The position numbers and the translations under genes were made by a program. This document shows, piece after piece, positions 38,504-52,654 of a DNA stretch of 64,000 bases. Every line of letters starts with the position of its first letter. Within the stretch, counting starts at the first letter, position 1. The notes beneath the pieces are model-generated. The model did no database searches and was not told the origin of the DNA. It saw only the letters and a program-made list of their open reading frames with translations. The DNA is taken from NCBI GenBank assembly GCA_964247055.1, contig OZ176054.1, positions 9,796,001-9,860,000 of the forward strand. The letters are read 5' to 3'. The DNA is from Paragordius varius (Eukaryota > Animalia > Nematomorpha).

Positions 38504-41500
38504 TAATAGTCAAAGATAATTTCTGCTAGCTAAAAGCAGTGGTTTTGCTAAAGAAACAATCGCATTAAGCATAATCCGAAGAAACAAAGTCAAGTAAAAT
38601 ATTGAATAGTTGGCCTAATATTTGTACTGATCTATGAATCTATCAAAATTACAGAAATGTTAAACTCTCAAACAGATTAATATGGAATTTAGTGTGCTGA
38701 TTAAATTTATTGGTACTAGAAGCTAATAAATGATTAACATGTTGGTTGATAAATGTAACTAATTTGATTGGCTATGTAACTATTTTTTAAAGAATTTTAT
38801 TTTTAATTAAACAGAAAGTTTGGTTGGTGAAACGACCGAAAACACCAATTTTCCATAATCTATGTTTAAATCGGGTTTAGGCCGATAAGCCAAAAAATAT
38901 TCATCATCTTCGAAAGTTATTCCATTTATATCCACTTTGAAACATTTTTTCTCCTAAAATATAAATAAGTTTTAAAATACAAAAGAGATTATTATATTAG
39001 TTTGAAAAAAGATTATTATAATAGAATTGACAGAAAACTTAACCTTTTTCTTTTTTCCGCGGTGACATATTGGGTAAGTTTTATATCTTAGAGGTTAATC
39101 TTGTAAAGAAACTACTGTTTTAAGTGGTTTTAGTTAAAATATATCAATTTATCCTCTATCACCCTGATCACAATATAATATAAGAATTTAATGAAAAATA
39201 AAATCAAGCTTAATGTAAAGTCGATCTTTAGAGAAACCGATTTACGCTAGAATCAAGCTTCCTCCCAAATATCATTTTTAAAATTTTGTACTCGGCTACA
39301 ATAATTTTTGACCTTGTTAGCCCAGGTTAAAACGTTATGTGAGTCAATGATATCAATAAAATTTAATAAAAATCGTAATTTTGAAAAAAATTGGCCTTTT
39401 AAACCTATAAAAATAATTATTCGTGGGTCAAATATATCTGGTATACTATAATTTTAATTCTTTATAAAATCGAAGTATGTTGACATATCCAGCATAAGTC
39501 TGTAAATTTGATAATATGATATGCTCTTTCCCACTCATTTTCAACTTTTTTCATTTAAATCAATAAAATTATAATTCCACCACCGAAAAAACGTGGAATT
39601 ATTTTAATAAAATTATTTTACAATTAAGTTAATGAATATGAAAAAAATTGTCATTAGTATCAGATTAAATTTACTTACGCGTTTTATATCTACATCCTTG
39701 TCTAGTATAGCTTTTTCTCTGGTCTCTAAAAATATTTTATATTGATTAGTTGGGTTCAAATCCAAAAATTTTGTGCAGATTTCCAAAGTGTTTTCATTGA
39801 TACAGCCATAATCATCCTTTAATATATTCTCATTTTCTAAATTATTATTGAGACAAAGATTAATTTAATAGATATGATATTAAGATGAAATATTTGTTTA
39901 AACTTACACACACCAAATTATTAAGAGACTTATATTAATTTTTTTGGGAGTTATTTTAAATTTATTTTTCAGTTCCAATCTTATTTAACACTTGGATTTA
40001 TCACATTATTTAAATCGATTTAAATGGGATTGGATACCCTAGGCCTGTTTTAAATATTTCAAAAATATGGAATGAATTGAACCGTGGCGAAAATTGAACT
40101 TATATAACACTAATAAACCCAAATATAAAAAAATTATTCAAAAAACAATATTACTTATTTTAAAGTAGAAATAGGTAAAATTAAGTCAACGTGACATGTG
40201 TCATCAGCTAAATTTTAATATAATACAAAATAAACGACTTTTCATGTTTATCAATGTTAGATGAGTTTTAATTTAAAATTATTTTTGATTTTTTTAAAAA
40301 TCTTGAAAAATTTGTGACATAAAAATGGCGTAGATGTAGTTTGATATGAAACTTTTTTTCAAAACTAAATTTTATAAGATATCTCGGCTTATATATACAT
40401 TTTTTATGATAAAAGCATAAATTTAAATTGGGACCGTTTCTTTTTAAGTAGTTTTTCAACTCAATTATAGTCTGGGGTTTTAGATACCCCAATTCGAATC
40501 GAAGTGTTATAACAATATCGATAAAGTTATATTTATAATCGTATATAATGAGAAAAATGCCGTTTTCCCTAATTTTTATATCCATATGTTTAAATGTAAA
40601 AAGTGTGACATAATTAAATGTGCCCCCAAACTCTTACATATGCTATTCGTATTATTATATTAGATCAATAGGCACCACGGTAGTGTAAAACAATTTTCCC
40701 TATCTTATATTATTTTGTTTATTTTATTCAATAATATGTTATATTTTTCCATACATAACTGTGTTGCCAATAGATAAATTATAAGCGAAAAACTCAGCTA
40801 ACATACCGTAATTAAAATGATTCACTTTAACTTGGCAATATGAAATTAAAATCGATTTGAATATAGTATTAAGCTGGAATTAAAAAATTAAATAACGTAG
40901 AAATAATATACTCATATAATTACCAATAAGTTTTTCGCCATCGACTATAAATTATAAAAAAATTATAAAATATATAGTCAAGTCAGGTTTTCTATTGACA
41001 TTTTTATTAGCGCTATCTTTCCACAGTAACAAACACAAATGGTCACCTATTAAAAGTCTTTTTTGATCTTGCGATTATGTACGATCATATCACTTTTTTT
41101 AATTTTGGTCTGTGTAATTTGATAATATTTCAATTTTTAATGATTTATGGTTTTATTCCCATACAAAAAGCGATAAATCTGTGAGCTTATTAAAATTTGC
41201 ACATCTATTGGCTAATATTAATATCAATAATTACGGGAAAAAACTTAGAAAAACTCTTAAATCAATATGAGTGTTATATATAAATATATGTTATGATTTT
41301 ATAATTTGGTATAATTTTATAAAATTAACATAATTATACCCTTACAGTAAAATGTTATCAAGCTTTGACGCGACATATCCAATACTCCGTCAAGATTTGT
41401 TTGAATCATTATTGAATAATTTCCAGGTTCCAAATTATTAACAATAAATTTTGGCCTCTCGTTCTAAAATATATAAAAAGTAAATCATTAAAAACATATT

Positions 41501-41714
41501 TAATGAAAACTTTATTACCATCGCATTTGTCAATTTCACACGTTTCTTTCCAGACATGGTGAATACAATATAACTATTATTGCCCATTTCTGGCACTTCA
41601 TAATCGAACACAAATTTTTTTGCATTTCCAGAATTTTCGATTCTCATTTCATAGCTCTCTATTTCGTACCTTGATGTTTTTCGATTAAAACAGTTCCCCT
41701 TCTCCAATACTGTG

Positions 41715-41754
<40 letters not shown>

Positions 41755-44700
41755 TCTGTTTATTAACTATAAAAAATCGTTTCGAAAACATTTAATTAAT
41801 AATTTTAAATATAGGATGGATGCTTTGGACCCTAATTTGACAACATTCAGATACCCTGTATTAATGTGTTTTTTGTTACAAATTCGGATAGATTAACAAA
41901 AACAGTTTATCACAATATGCATTCATAGCTAACGGCAGATATACAAAATAACAATCTCATAAGATTGATTTTTTTAAAAATCTCATATTATCAACAAATT
42001 ATTTTATGTTATCAAGTTCATACTATAATTTATTCCAATTTTGAAGGTGCATAAGCCTATTATATATGGCCATTTTTATATGATATTACACTGTGCGGCG
42101 AAAATGGGAATTAAAAAATGAATGTTTCATAATTTTATAGCTAAAAGCTACCGAATGATGAATATCGAATAGTATATGCGGAATATGGAAAAGAGATATT
42201 TTAATTTTTAAATATTAATATAAAAAAACGCATTTCATTGGGCTGGTCAAATAAAATTAAATAGTCAAAAACGCGTCAACCAAATTTTATTCCTTATAAT
42301 GTTTTATGAAACCTAATAATATTTTTCAGTAAAGATTTTACATTTTTTCAGACTAAGAAAGCTTTACAAGAATTCAACTAAAAAAATGCCCTTTAATGTC
42401 AAAATGACTAATAAAACTTTATATACGGTAAGGGAATTTAATTTTTAAATTCTCATATAAAGAGTCTACCCAATATATCGCAATCAAAAAAGATTCTCAC
42501 ATAAAAATATAATTTTTTGATAATTTGCACTAAAGCTGAAGTGGCGTATATTTGTTACAAAGCTAATATATATTATAAATACTTTTCCCATATTCTATGT
42601 GAAAAAAGATCTACTCGGTTAATCGAGTGAATTTTTAGCAAAAATCTGTGATCAAGATTTTTGGGCATACAAACAAAAACTGAGTAAATGGATCTTTTTT
42701 CTGCACGAATTGTATAAGAAAAGTAATAGTATATAATGGATGTTTTGTAACAATTATGTGCTACTTCCGCTTGGTGCAAATTATCAAAATCTTGATACAA
42801 GGCTTAACTCTTTTTTGAAGGCGATATATTGGGTAAAATTTATGTATAAATTAAATTGTGATTTTATAAAAAAATAAAAATATTATACCTGTTATATCAG
42901 TTAAAACGCGATTTTCCAGCTTTAATTTAAAGTTTTTTCAAACATTGTGAAAAAATGTAACTTTATTAATATTTTTCGTTTAGGTTTATCCTTATAGTAT
43001 ATTTTAACAAGTATAAGACGCGTTTACTGAGCGATAAAAATGTCGTTTTTTTGATTTTCATTGATTTAGAAAATAAATTTTCTAGTATTTTAACCGTAAT
43101 TATTCCATATTCATTATCCGCAACTTTTAGTTAGCGATCATGCATGGACATTCATTGTTTGCTGTGCACCGTGTTATATAAGGGTTTTAAATAAACGAAA
43201 ATCCAATATATAATAAAAATATTTTGGGACAAAAATATGATTTTTTTTTTATTTTTGTTTTGCGATTGATACCTATTATTTTTAGGGGTGTATCCAACAC
43301 GCATCCCGCGATGTGCAGCCCGTTGAAAATTTAAAAATCTCCAATTTTCAAATATATGCTCGCAAAATCTTAACAAAATCCATATTTATTAATAAAATAC
43401 TAAATGAGTCTATCCAATTGCAAAAAACTAGAAAATAATTGTAATATTGCGTTGGCTTGCAGTCGTATGTTAGAAATCTAATAAATAAATTATGAACGCC
43501 CATATAAATTTCGAATGCGGCACGTCGATTTTTTGGGGTCAAAAGTGCGGCCCGCGAAGTCATTTGTGTTGGAGACCCCTGATCTAGAAGCATATCAAAT
43601 AGCTTCATTCGATAGATTATATAGATCTATTTTATTAAATAAATGAAAAATATATGCTGGCATATATTGTTTATTATCAATAAATTGTAGACCTGGGTTG
43701 GGAACATCAATTTTAATAGTAATGGAATCATCTGTTTGATTCACGATAGTTGATGTAACATTGTCAAGAAAAATTTCTTTGCCAGCTAAAATAGTATATT
43801 ATTTAAGAATTTTACCATTTGGCGCCTTTATTGTCGTTTCTATTTCAAGTAATTATAATGAAAATATACCTCCAGGTGGGGAAGGCTTTACAGGGATCTT
43901 AAAAATAAAACTTGTTCCTAATATTTTATGAAAAAACTTTACCATTGTTCTTATCTATATAAAATATTGGGTTATCATATAATTATTATAAAAACAAACA
44001 AGGCATTTTATTTTGTACAAAGTTTTACACCAGCATTAAATATTTTCGTGGGCTCCCAATTTTGCGTAGTCCACCAACAACACCCACATTATAGAAATAT
44101 ACTTGTTTATTAAAAAATTCCAAGAGGATTTCAAGACACAATATTCATAAATAATTACAAATATAATGGAAATGATCAACAAATCAGGATCTCTTTGTTG
44201 TTGTTTATTTTTTTGATATGGGTAAAATGGATTACTAAGTTTAATAAGTACCCCTCAGGTTTAATACCGACTTCATGCAAAATAGCCTCAGTGTAAGCCC
44301 GCCTTGTGGATTTCATATTTAAACGTAACTTAGATTGAATCGTTATTTTTTTTAAGTGGAATACTGAAAATATTTTGAAATCAGGAATATTGAATTCAAG
44401 AAGTGGGATTCGAAAATATATATGGATGAATGACATAAAAGGTCATAAATTAAAACGTATTGTGAACCACATATGGGGCTTAGAGAGCAGTCTGTTTCAA
44501 CGGTAAAACCATAAATTATTTAAAATGAAAAATTTCGAAAATTATAATAATTAAATAATTGGTATAATATAAGAGTTTCATTTTTGTAACAATTAATTTC
44601 GATATAAATTTTGATATTAATAAATATGTTTCCAATACCTTCAGTATTGGTAATCAACCCATGATTGGTATCTAAAAAAATAAAAAATATATTATTACCG

Positions 44701-45635
44701 TATAGATGAAATTAGATGCTTAATTTAATTTGTGAAAATTACAATCTATACAGGAACGTTGAAAGTGAATCGGCGGTCCGATCCGCATACATGTAGTTAT
44801 TCCCAGTATAAATTATAAAAAAATAATCTCAGTTACGATAATATTAGTTATATATTATAAAAACTAACATATCTAAAAATATTTGGTTAATTTTATATAA
44901 TTATTTAAATGAATTTATCTTATGTGAACAAATATTTAAATGATTTTGTTGGTTACAAGGCGGCTGTTATAGCCTTTTTCAAAAATCTTATTAACCCATT
45001 GTAAACAAGAAATAAAAACCATTTAATATTTATTACTCACTTTTACCGACGTTGATATACTTACTTGAAAAAGAATATCCTTTCGAAGCTACAATACTTC
45101 CAATTATCCCTATTAATTAGATTTTTTGATACGTCCAATGGTTGAGCCCAATATCCCTCCAAAAACAATCCCTAAAAATAATTTATATCAATTGTAAAAA
45201 ACATTACCTTTCCCGACTGTTATTAATACCAAATTAGAACATATTATATTTATATATAGTTATGATTAAAATTATAAAGACAAAATGTAAAAACTAAAAT
45301 ACAAATATTTTTTAAAAATCAGCCATATATTTTTAAACTAACGATTATATTAAAAAATATTTGTCTAGTTTTAAATTTTGTCTCGATAGTTATAATTTTT
45401 TACATATTTGAAACTATTACAACATACCGATTGCCGTTTTGACTAAAGTGATTAACAAATTAAGTATTGATGAAAGAACAAATATTTTTAAATTGAATAC
45501 CGCCAATAGCTGTTTTTATAGCCTTTTTTACTGTGTTTGGGACATGGGAAGCCAATTTTGATCCTGAACAGATATAGTTTTTTAAAATATTTATTTATTA
45601 TCATTTATATGAAAGATATATTTTTTTAATTATTT

Positions 45636-45686
<51 letters not shown>

Positions 45687-46810
45687 CTGTGTGCAGAGGG
45701 TTAATTTTTTTAACAAATTTTTTTTTCATGAGAAAGCTTATGACCAGCGAAATCATTTGCCGCAATTTTTATTTTTTGACGAAATTTTTAAAATATTGAG
45801 AGAAAATGGAAATCGGGTAAAAAGTGAAAAATAAGGATAATTCAAAAAATGATAAAAGTTGAGTTATTATGGTTTATTATCATTTTAGGAGATACTTTCA
45901 GTATATAAATAGCTTAAATCATATAGTTATGGTTTCTATATAATATCAGGTCAAAAGATGGCGTTTTTCTTTTAACATCTTTAAACAAAAAAATTTATAT
46001 GAAACTATATTTTAAAATATTTTTTTTACTAGCTTAACTCACTATTACAAAAAATATTGTTTTAATTTTTTCATTTTTTGTCATTGGTTTATGATGTTAT
46101 AAAAATTTATACTTTTTATTTTTTTAATCATACTTTGCGAATATAAATTATACAATTTATGCAAAATAGCATTTAAAAGTAGTGGATACAAATCCCTGTA
46201 ACAAGTCTGTTTTAAGACAAATTAATATATATGTTGGGATTTGTCCGGTTGGTTGATATTCCACTACTTTTAAATGCTATTTTGCATAATTTCTATAGTT
46301 TATAATTCCCACTCATGTAAGATTCCAAAATAAAACTTATTAATTATTTATACACTCATAAACCAAATGACAAAAAATGGAAAAATAAAAAATAATATTT
46401 TTTGGTTTTATTTTGATGTATAAGTTTTTTTCTACTGAATAAAATATAAGATTTTATTAGTGAGTTTAGCTAGTAAATAATTAAAAAAATTATTTTCATA
46501 TAGTTTCATAAATTCTTTTTTGTCTTTTATTTAAAGAAAAACGCCATCTTTTGACCTGAGTATAGAAAGCCTAACTATATGATTTAGGCTATTTATTCTT
46601 ATAAATATCTCCTAAAATGATAATTAACCATAATATCTCACATTTTATCATTATTTTTTAAATTATTTAATTAACCTTAATTTTAAATTTTTGCCCGATT
46701 TCAATTTTCTCTCAATATTTCAAAAACTAGTCGTAAACAAATAAAAAATTTTACGGCATATGAATTCGCTAGACATAAGCTATCTCATGAAAAAAAATAT
46801 TATGTTAAAA

Positions 46811-46846
<36 letters not shown>

Positions 46847-49800
46847 ACCCCCTTTATTGTTGGCCACTTTACATTATTTTGGCCAATGCGGAATACATAA
46901 CACATGGATAAAAAAACAATTAATGTTTAAAATTAAAATCATTTTCCATATCTTCCAATATTAAATATGTTTATTTAATTATGGAGAAAATTTTACTTTT
47001 GTAATGCAAATTGGTCAACTACAACTGTGAATTATTAATATGCCCTTTCTTATAAGTGGGGACATTACATTATCTAAATGTTGTCCCTAATTAAAAATAT
47101 TATTTTTACTTTAGCAAAAAAATATTAAGGCCAGAGGTAAATATAGTTGTTTCACATCCTCCAAAAAAAATTTGTATTATACAAAAAATATATTTAAATT
47201 AAAAAGGTTAGGATCTGTGTTTTAACGATGATATTAACGCTTTAACCAACACGTATGTTAAAAGTATAACATGTTAACTTTTTTCTTATTCAATATATGA
47301 TGATTAATATTATAAAAATCACCATTTCAATAAATATTTTAAAAATGAAATATATTGTTAATTTAGCTTTTATATATCTCTCTTGGATTTTTACTCTCAT
47401 TTTTGACCCCTTCCATTTATCTAATCTAACTATTTTTTTAACTTATGGATAGACCCAAATTTCCATCTTATAATATATAATGTGCCGAATTCGGGACAAA
47501 TATGCAGTTTTCAAAATTTTAGTATTTTTGAATATAATATACCACTATACATAAGTTAAACCCTCATAGATTTATAGCAGCCATCTGCTATCCAATATTT
47601 CAAAATAAAATTTTTATTCAAATTATAAAAGAGTTCTGAAAGATGTCTGATAGTGTTAAATATGTTATAATATGATTTGAACATCTAAATTGCGAAATGG
47701 GTTTCAAACGAAAAATAAAATTATGCGATATGATAAAATATTAAAATTAATACTGGAAAATCCAATATTTTGAAAAAATCAACCAGGGCTTCAAACCGTT
47801 TAAAAAAATAGAGCCGCAACCGACCTAATCTCTAAGAATTTAAAAACAGAACCAGGTTGGAACCGGTGTTTAGAACAGGTGCCATTTAGGTTCCATACTT
47901 TCCATTAAATGATTTTCAGCAACATTTTTTATTATAATATAAAACCCAAATATCAACAATCGTAAACCATATCAGAAATATTAAATAGCCGAATGGTATT
48001 TGTGTTAACGATTGCATCTAAGATGAAAATCTTTATTTAACTTTAAAACATAATTGGGAATTGGTCAAGACTATTCGCAGATCTGAATATATAAATATAG
48101 CGCGGAAATGTTTTTTCCATGTTGGCGGTATAGGGGCCTGATGTGGCCCGTAAGCCTCAGTTTGAGTACCACTGATATATAATGTCCCTCATTTTTTCCG
48201 TTTGGGATAATTATGGATGTCATAGTTTATGGTTTTTTACCAGATTATAGGGCAAAGGTCCTAATCTATAAATTAGAACTATGTAAATAATTATGGTGGT
48301 TCTCATCAAGTGTATAAGTTAAGATATTCGAAAAAATTCTCATCATGGTAATGCTTATTTTGGATATGAAATAAAATGTCATCCTAAATTTTTTCAAAAT
48401 ATAACATTTAAACAGCATTATTAAAACTATGATGGTTATTCCCTTTGGATCGGAAACTAGAAAAAAAATTATCATGCAATCAATATCGAATAATATTTTA
48501 AAAAATAAATTTTATTATTTAAATATAAAACCATATGGAAACTACTTAGGGAAGTGGAACGAAAGCTAACTGGTTTCTGCGGTTCCAGAACCGGACTGAT
48601 ACATAACTATGTAATAAAGGAAGCGGGTCTGTTCCTGAAAACCGAATTTCCTGGAGAAGTGGAACCGAAACTCTGGTTCCTCAATTTCAAGTACCGAGTT
48701 TCTGTTCCATGTGGTTCCGGTTTTGGTTCTAAGTCCTAAAAAATAGTTTTTGAAATTTGTAATACTGTATTATATAATAATTACATTATATGATATACTC
48801 TTTCGAGGGGTCATATCCGTAATTTCGACATAGAACCCTGTCTATGGCGTCCTTGCGTTTTAGGTTCAGTTTTGTCATGTCCCTCTTAATTGTATCTATC
48901 CATCGCGTTTTAGGTCACCCTCTTCCCCTCATACCTTTCACAATAAAATCATCAATCTTTTTACCAATATAGTTATTATCTCTTCTTTCTACATAATACC
49001 ATCTTAGACGATTTACCATCATCTTTTGCGTTACTGGTTGATTTCCGTACTATGTAGACATTCCTCACCTTGTCATTCCTCGTTACACCGCACATCAATC
49101 TAACCATTCTCATTTGAGTAAACTCAAAGTGCCTCTCTCCTGATTTCTTGAATGCCCATGTCTGTGAGTTGTACATCATTGTTGGCTGTACAACAGCACT
49201 GTAAATCTTACCCTGACTTTTAGGTCAATATTTTTATCGCATAAAACATTTAAGATCATTTAATTTGCCCAACTATTTCGAATTCTTAGATTTATATCAT
49301 GCGTTAAAACATTTGCTGCTACTAAAAAAAATATTTGAAACCATCTTACATACTGTAAAAGTATATATGTTTTTTCATACCATTAAAGTTATAATATTCT
49401 AAAAATCACATAAAAATGGTTTATGTGAGTTCTCATTATTGAAAAATAAATTCAATTATATAATTTTTCAATCGATTAAATCTTTTTAATTGCCTTATTT
49501 ATATCCAAAGCTAATGATTGTAATTATGTATAGATTTTTTGGCAATCTACTTTAACCGATATCATTCAAAATAATTTTTTCACATTTATGAAAAAAATAT
49601 ATTAAAAACATTTTCAAACTTTAACTCCGTATACTCCCCATTTTTTCAAATTAAAAAGATATGTTTTTTGACCAAAACATGACAATATATATAAATTTAG
49701 CTCTTACTAGTATTACCTGGTTTAAATGTATCGTCAGGTTCTTTAAAAATGATAGAATAAAATTAATTTTATTGTTAGAATAACCATTAAATAATTGCAT

Positions 49801-52026
49801 TTATTATTTACTTGGTGGTCTATTTTTGACTTTTGTATCCACAGATTCTTTTGCTTGATATAAAAAAGATGAATATAACAATATAATGAAATTAAGATCA
49901 AATAAAAGTATTTTATACTATTTCAATCATAATGACAGTGTACGCATTTTTTTATAATTAAATGAATATTGAAAACAATTTTGACCAAGTTTTTATCATA
50001 TGATTGAAAAATTGATTTAAATTTATATTTAATTTATGTCGTATCATTACCTGTTTCGGGTTTGAATTTATCCTTGGGTTCTTTGAAATATTTAAAATAA
50101 TTAGAGTAAACTGCGTAAGACATAAAGTCAAATATTTTTTTATAAGAACGACAAAAATAACTCGTCGTAAATTGCAAAGTATTTTACGATTATAATTAAA
50201 TTAAAAGGAAATAATAAGATTTTATAAAAGTATGGTTGTCTTTAAAAAAATATTTGCCTAAAAGTTTTTACATTTTGTCTGTAAATTTTTTACTGTAAAT
50301 TTTTTACTGTAAATATATTTTATATATAAAATATGCATTTAATATGTGTATTAAGACTTACTCGTTTCCTGTAAATCTTTCTGGTCATTTACATTGGAAG
50401 ATTTTTGTGATTGATCTATAACGTACATTAACATGAAATTTAAATTTTTTGTCATGTCTCTTGAAAAAAATTACCTTCTTCTCTTGATACGTCTTCATTG
50501 GGCTGATTTTCCGAAAGTTTTACTAAAGTTTGAAAATTTCGTAAAATATAGAATACCAATATAAATTGGATTAGAAAATACATGATGGTAAATTCATATT
50601 ATAAGTTAAATGATATCAAATCTCGTTTTTTTGGCGGATATGGTGGATAGAAATTTATATGTTTTTCACTAATGAATTTAATATATTATGTAAAAGCGTA
50701 TTGTTGGAAAATTCCCTCAACAAATGTGCATAACCGAAAATGAATCGGCGTGTAGAAATAGCATGAAAAAATTATTTCACCAATATTGATTAAAAGATAC
50801 ACGGAGAATCCAAATAAATGCGTAGGTAAAGAAAAAAAGGCTTTTTATTAATCAAACAAATCATAACACTAAATTATTTTTGACGAATTATTTCATACTC
50901 CGTTTTCGGTCAGGTTCCTCGTCGGAAGAAGAATCATCTTGTTTTGGATCGCGATTTGTATTCGATGTCCCTGTTAATGTAAAAATTAAATTGAAATCAT
51001 AACATAAAATTATTTTTGGGGCAATATTTCAAAAAATTACCCTGTTTTGGAGGTTCTTCGTCTGGGACATCTTGATTTGGTTGGCGATTTCTATTCGATG
51101 TCCCTGCTAATGTAAAATATAAATTGAAATCATAACATGAAATTATTTTTGGCGCAATTAATCTTACCTCGTTCTGGATCAGGTTCTTCTTCTGGGAAGG
51201 AATCATCTTGTTTTGATTCGCTATTTGTATCCGATGTGTCTGCTAATGGAAATAAATTGATTCATACCAGCCTCTTGTTCACCTTCCAATATGGGGTTAT
51301 CCGCATCTAAGCTCAAATCACTTTCGTTTACTACATCGGGCATATTATCTAAATCTAACAATATTTAAACAAATTGTCATAAAATGATTTCAGCTATTTA
51401 CTAATGTTATTTATCCAAGGAGGGGGAAAACGTTAAACAAAATATCCAAAATTATCAAAAACTTATACCGGATTGCATTTCTTCAAACTCTAAATATTAA
51501 GAAATAAAGTTATTTTATAAACATCTTTTCCAAATTATAAAATTTTTAATGACTAAAGTACAAATTAAACACAAATATTTAACCCGCTTCGGATATTTAT
51601 TTATTGGTATTATACAAAAATTTAAGAACATTTGGAAAAAGGATAATTGGACGTCCAATGTTTTGTGGATATCAAAGATTGAGTTATTTTTACGTTATTA
51701 ATTGTAGGACACACCCTAAAAATTTCTGTTTACTGTTTCTCAATTAATAATTTACAATACAACATGAAAAAATTGGTATGTAAAAAACTTCTCGAATCTG
51801 ATGTTGTATTTAATTAATTATTTGTTAACAAATTATAATATTAATATGTTTAAGCTTAATTACCTGAATTAACATAATCCGATCCTTCACCTAGAAAATT
51901 TCCTTAAAGTGTAATTGGTATACTTGAAGAATGATCGACCCAATCATCCATATCCGCTGTAAAATATATAATCAAATATTACCAGGGTTCTCGTTCATAA
52001 TTTCTAAAATTTAAAAATATATTTAG

Positions 52027-52083
<57 letters not shown>

Positions 52084-52617
52084 ATTTGCACTTCAAGAGT
52101 GTCCTTGAACACTTCAAGTTGGTCCTTAAAATTTATAAATTTTGATTAAACCATAATTTTTGCATTTAATTTTTATTTTATTAATTTTCTTTATTTATTA
52201 TATATTTATTCATTTAAAAATAAATATATTATATAAAAAATCACTTTTTTGTTTCAAATATTTTTTTTTAATTGAACAAAATTATTGAATTTTAAATGTT
52301 TTTAATGAAAAATTTAAGTAATAACCCAGAAAACTTATATATTTTTTCATTTCGTGTTTAAATAAATATCCAAAATTATTTTAATAAATTAATAAATATA
52401 CGGTTTTTCAAAGATTAAAAGTTGATATAGATTTAAAATTTATGTTAAATAATAGAAAATAGGTTAAAAACAATAAAATAGATGAATTTTACGATTTGAT
52501 TGATAAAAGTTAAAAACAAAACAAAAAAAGTCAAAGGACCAACTTGAACTGTTTAAGGACCAACTTGAAATGTTCAAGGACCAACTTGAACTACAAGGAC
52601 ACTCTTGGAGTGCAAAT

Positions 52618-52654
<37 letters not shown>

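Larger units (their letters stand above)
1058..52648. repeat. (TA)n microsatellites
   Basis: Tracts at about 1058-1097, 3888-3916, 8583-8610, 21116-21146, 26068-26097, 29851-29873, 41719-41748, 45640-45681, 46815-46841, 52030-52080, 52621-52648. Confidence 0.95.

Noticed and set aside
44176-44436. ORF containing AILHEVG, resembling a zinc-metalloprotease HEXXH motif
   Set aside because: No second histidine follows, and the aligned copy-A sequence (~6234-6290) has a stop and indels at this position, so it is not a conserved motif.
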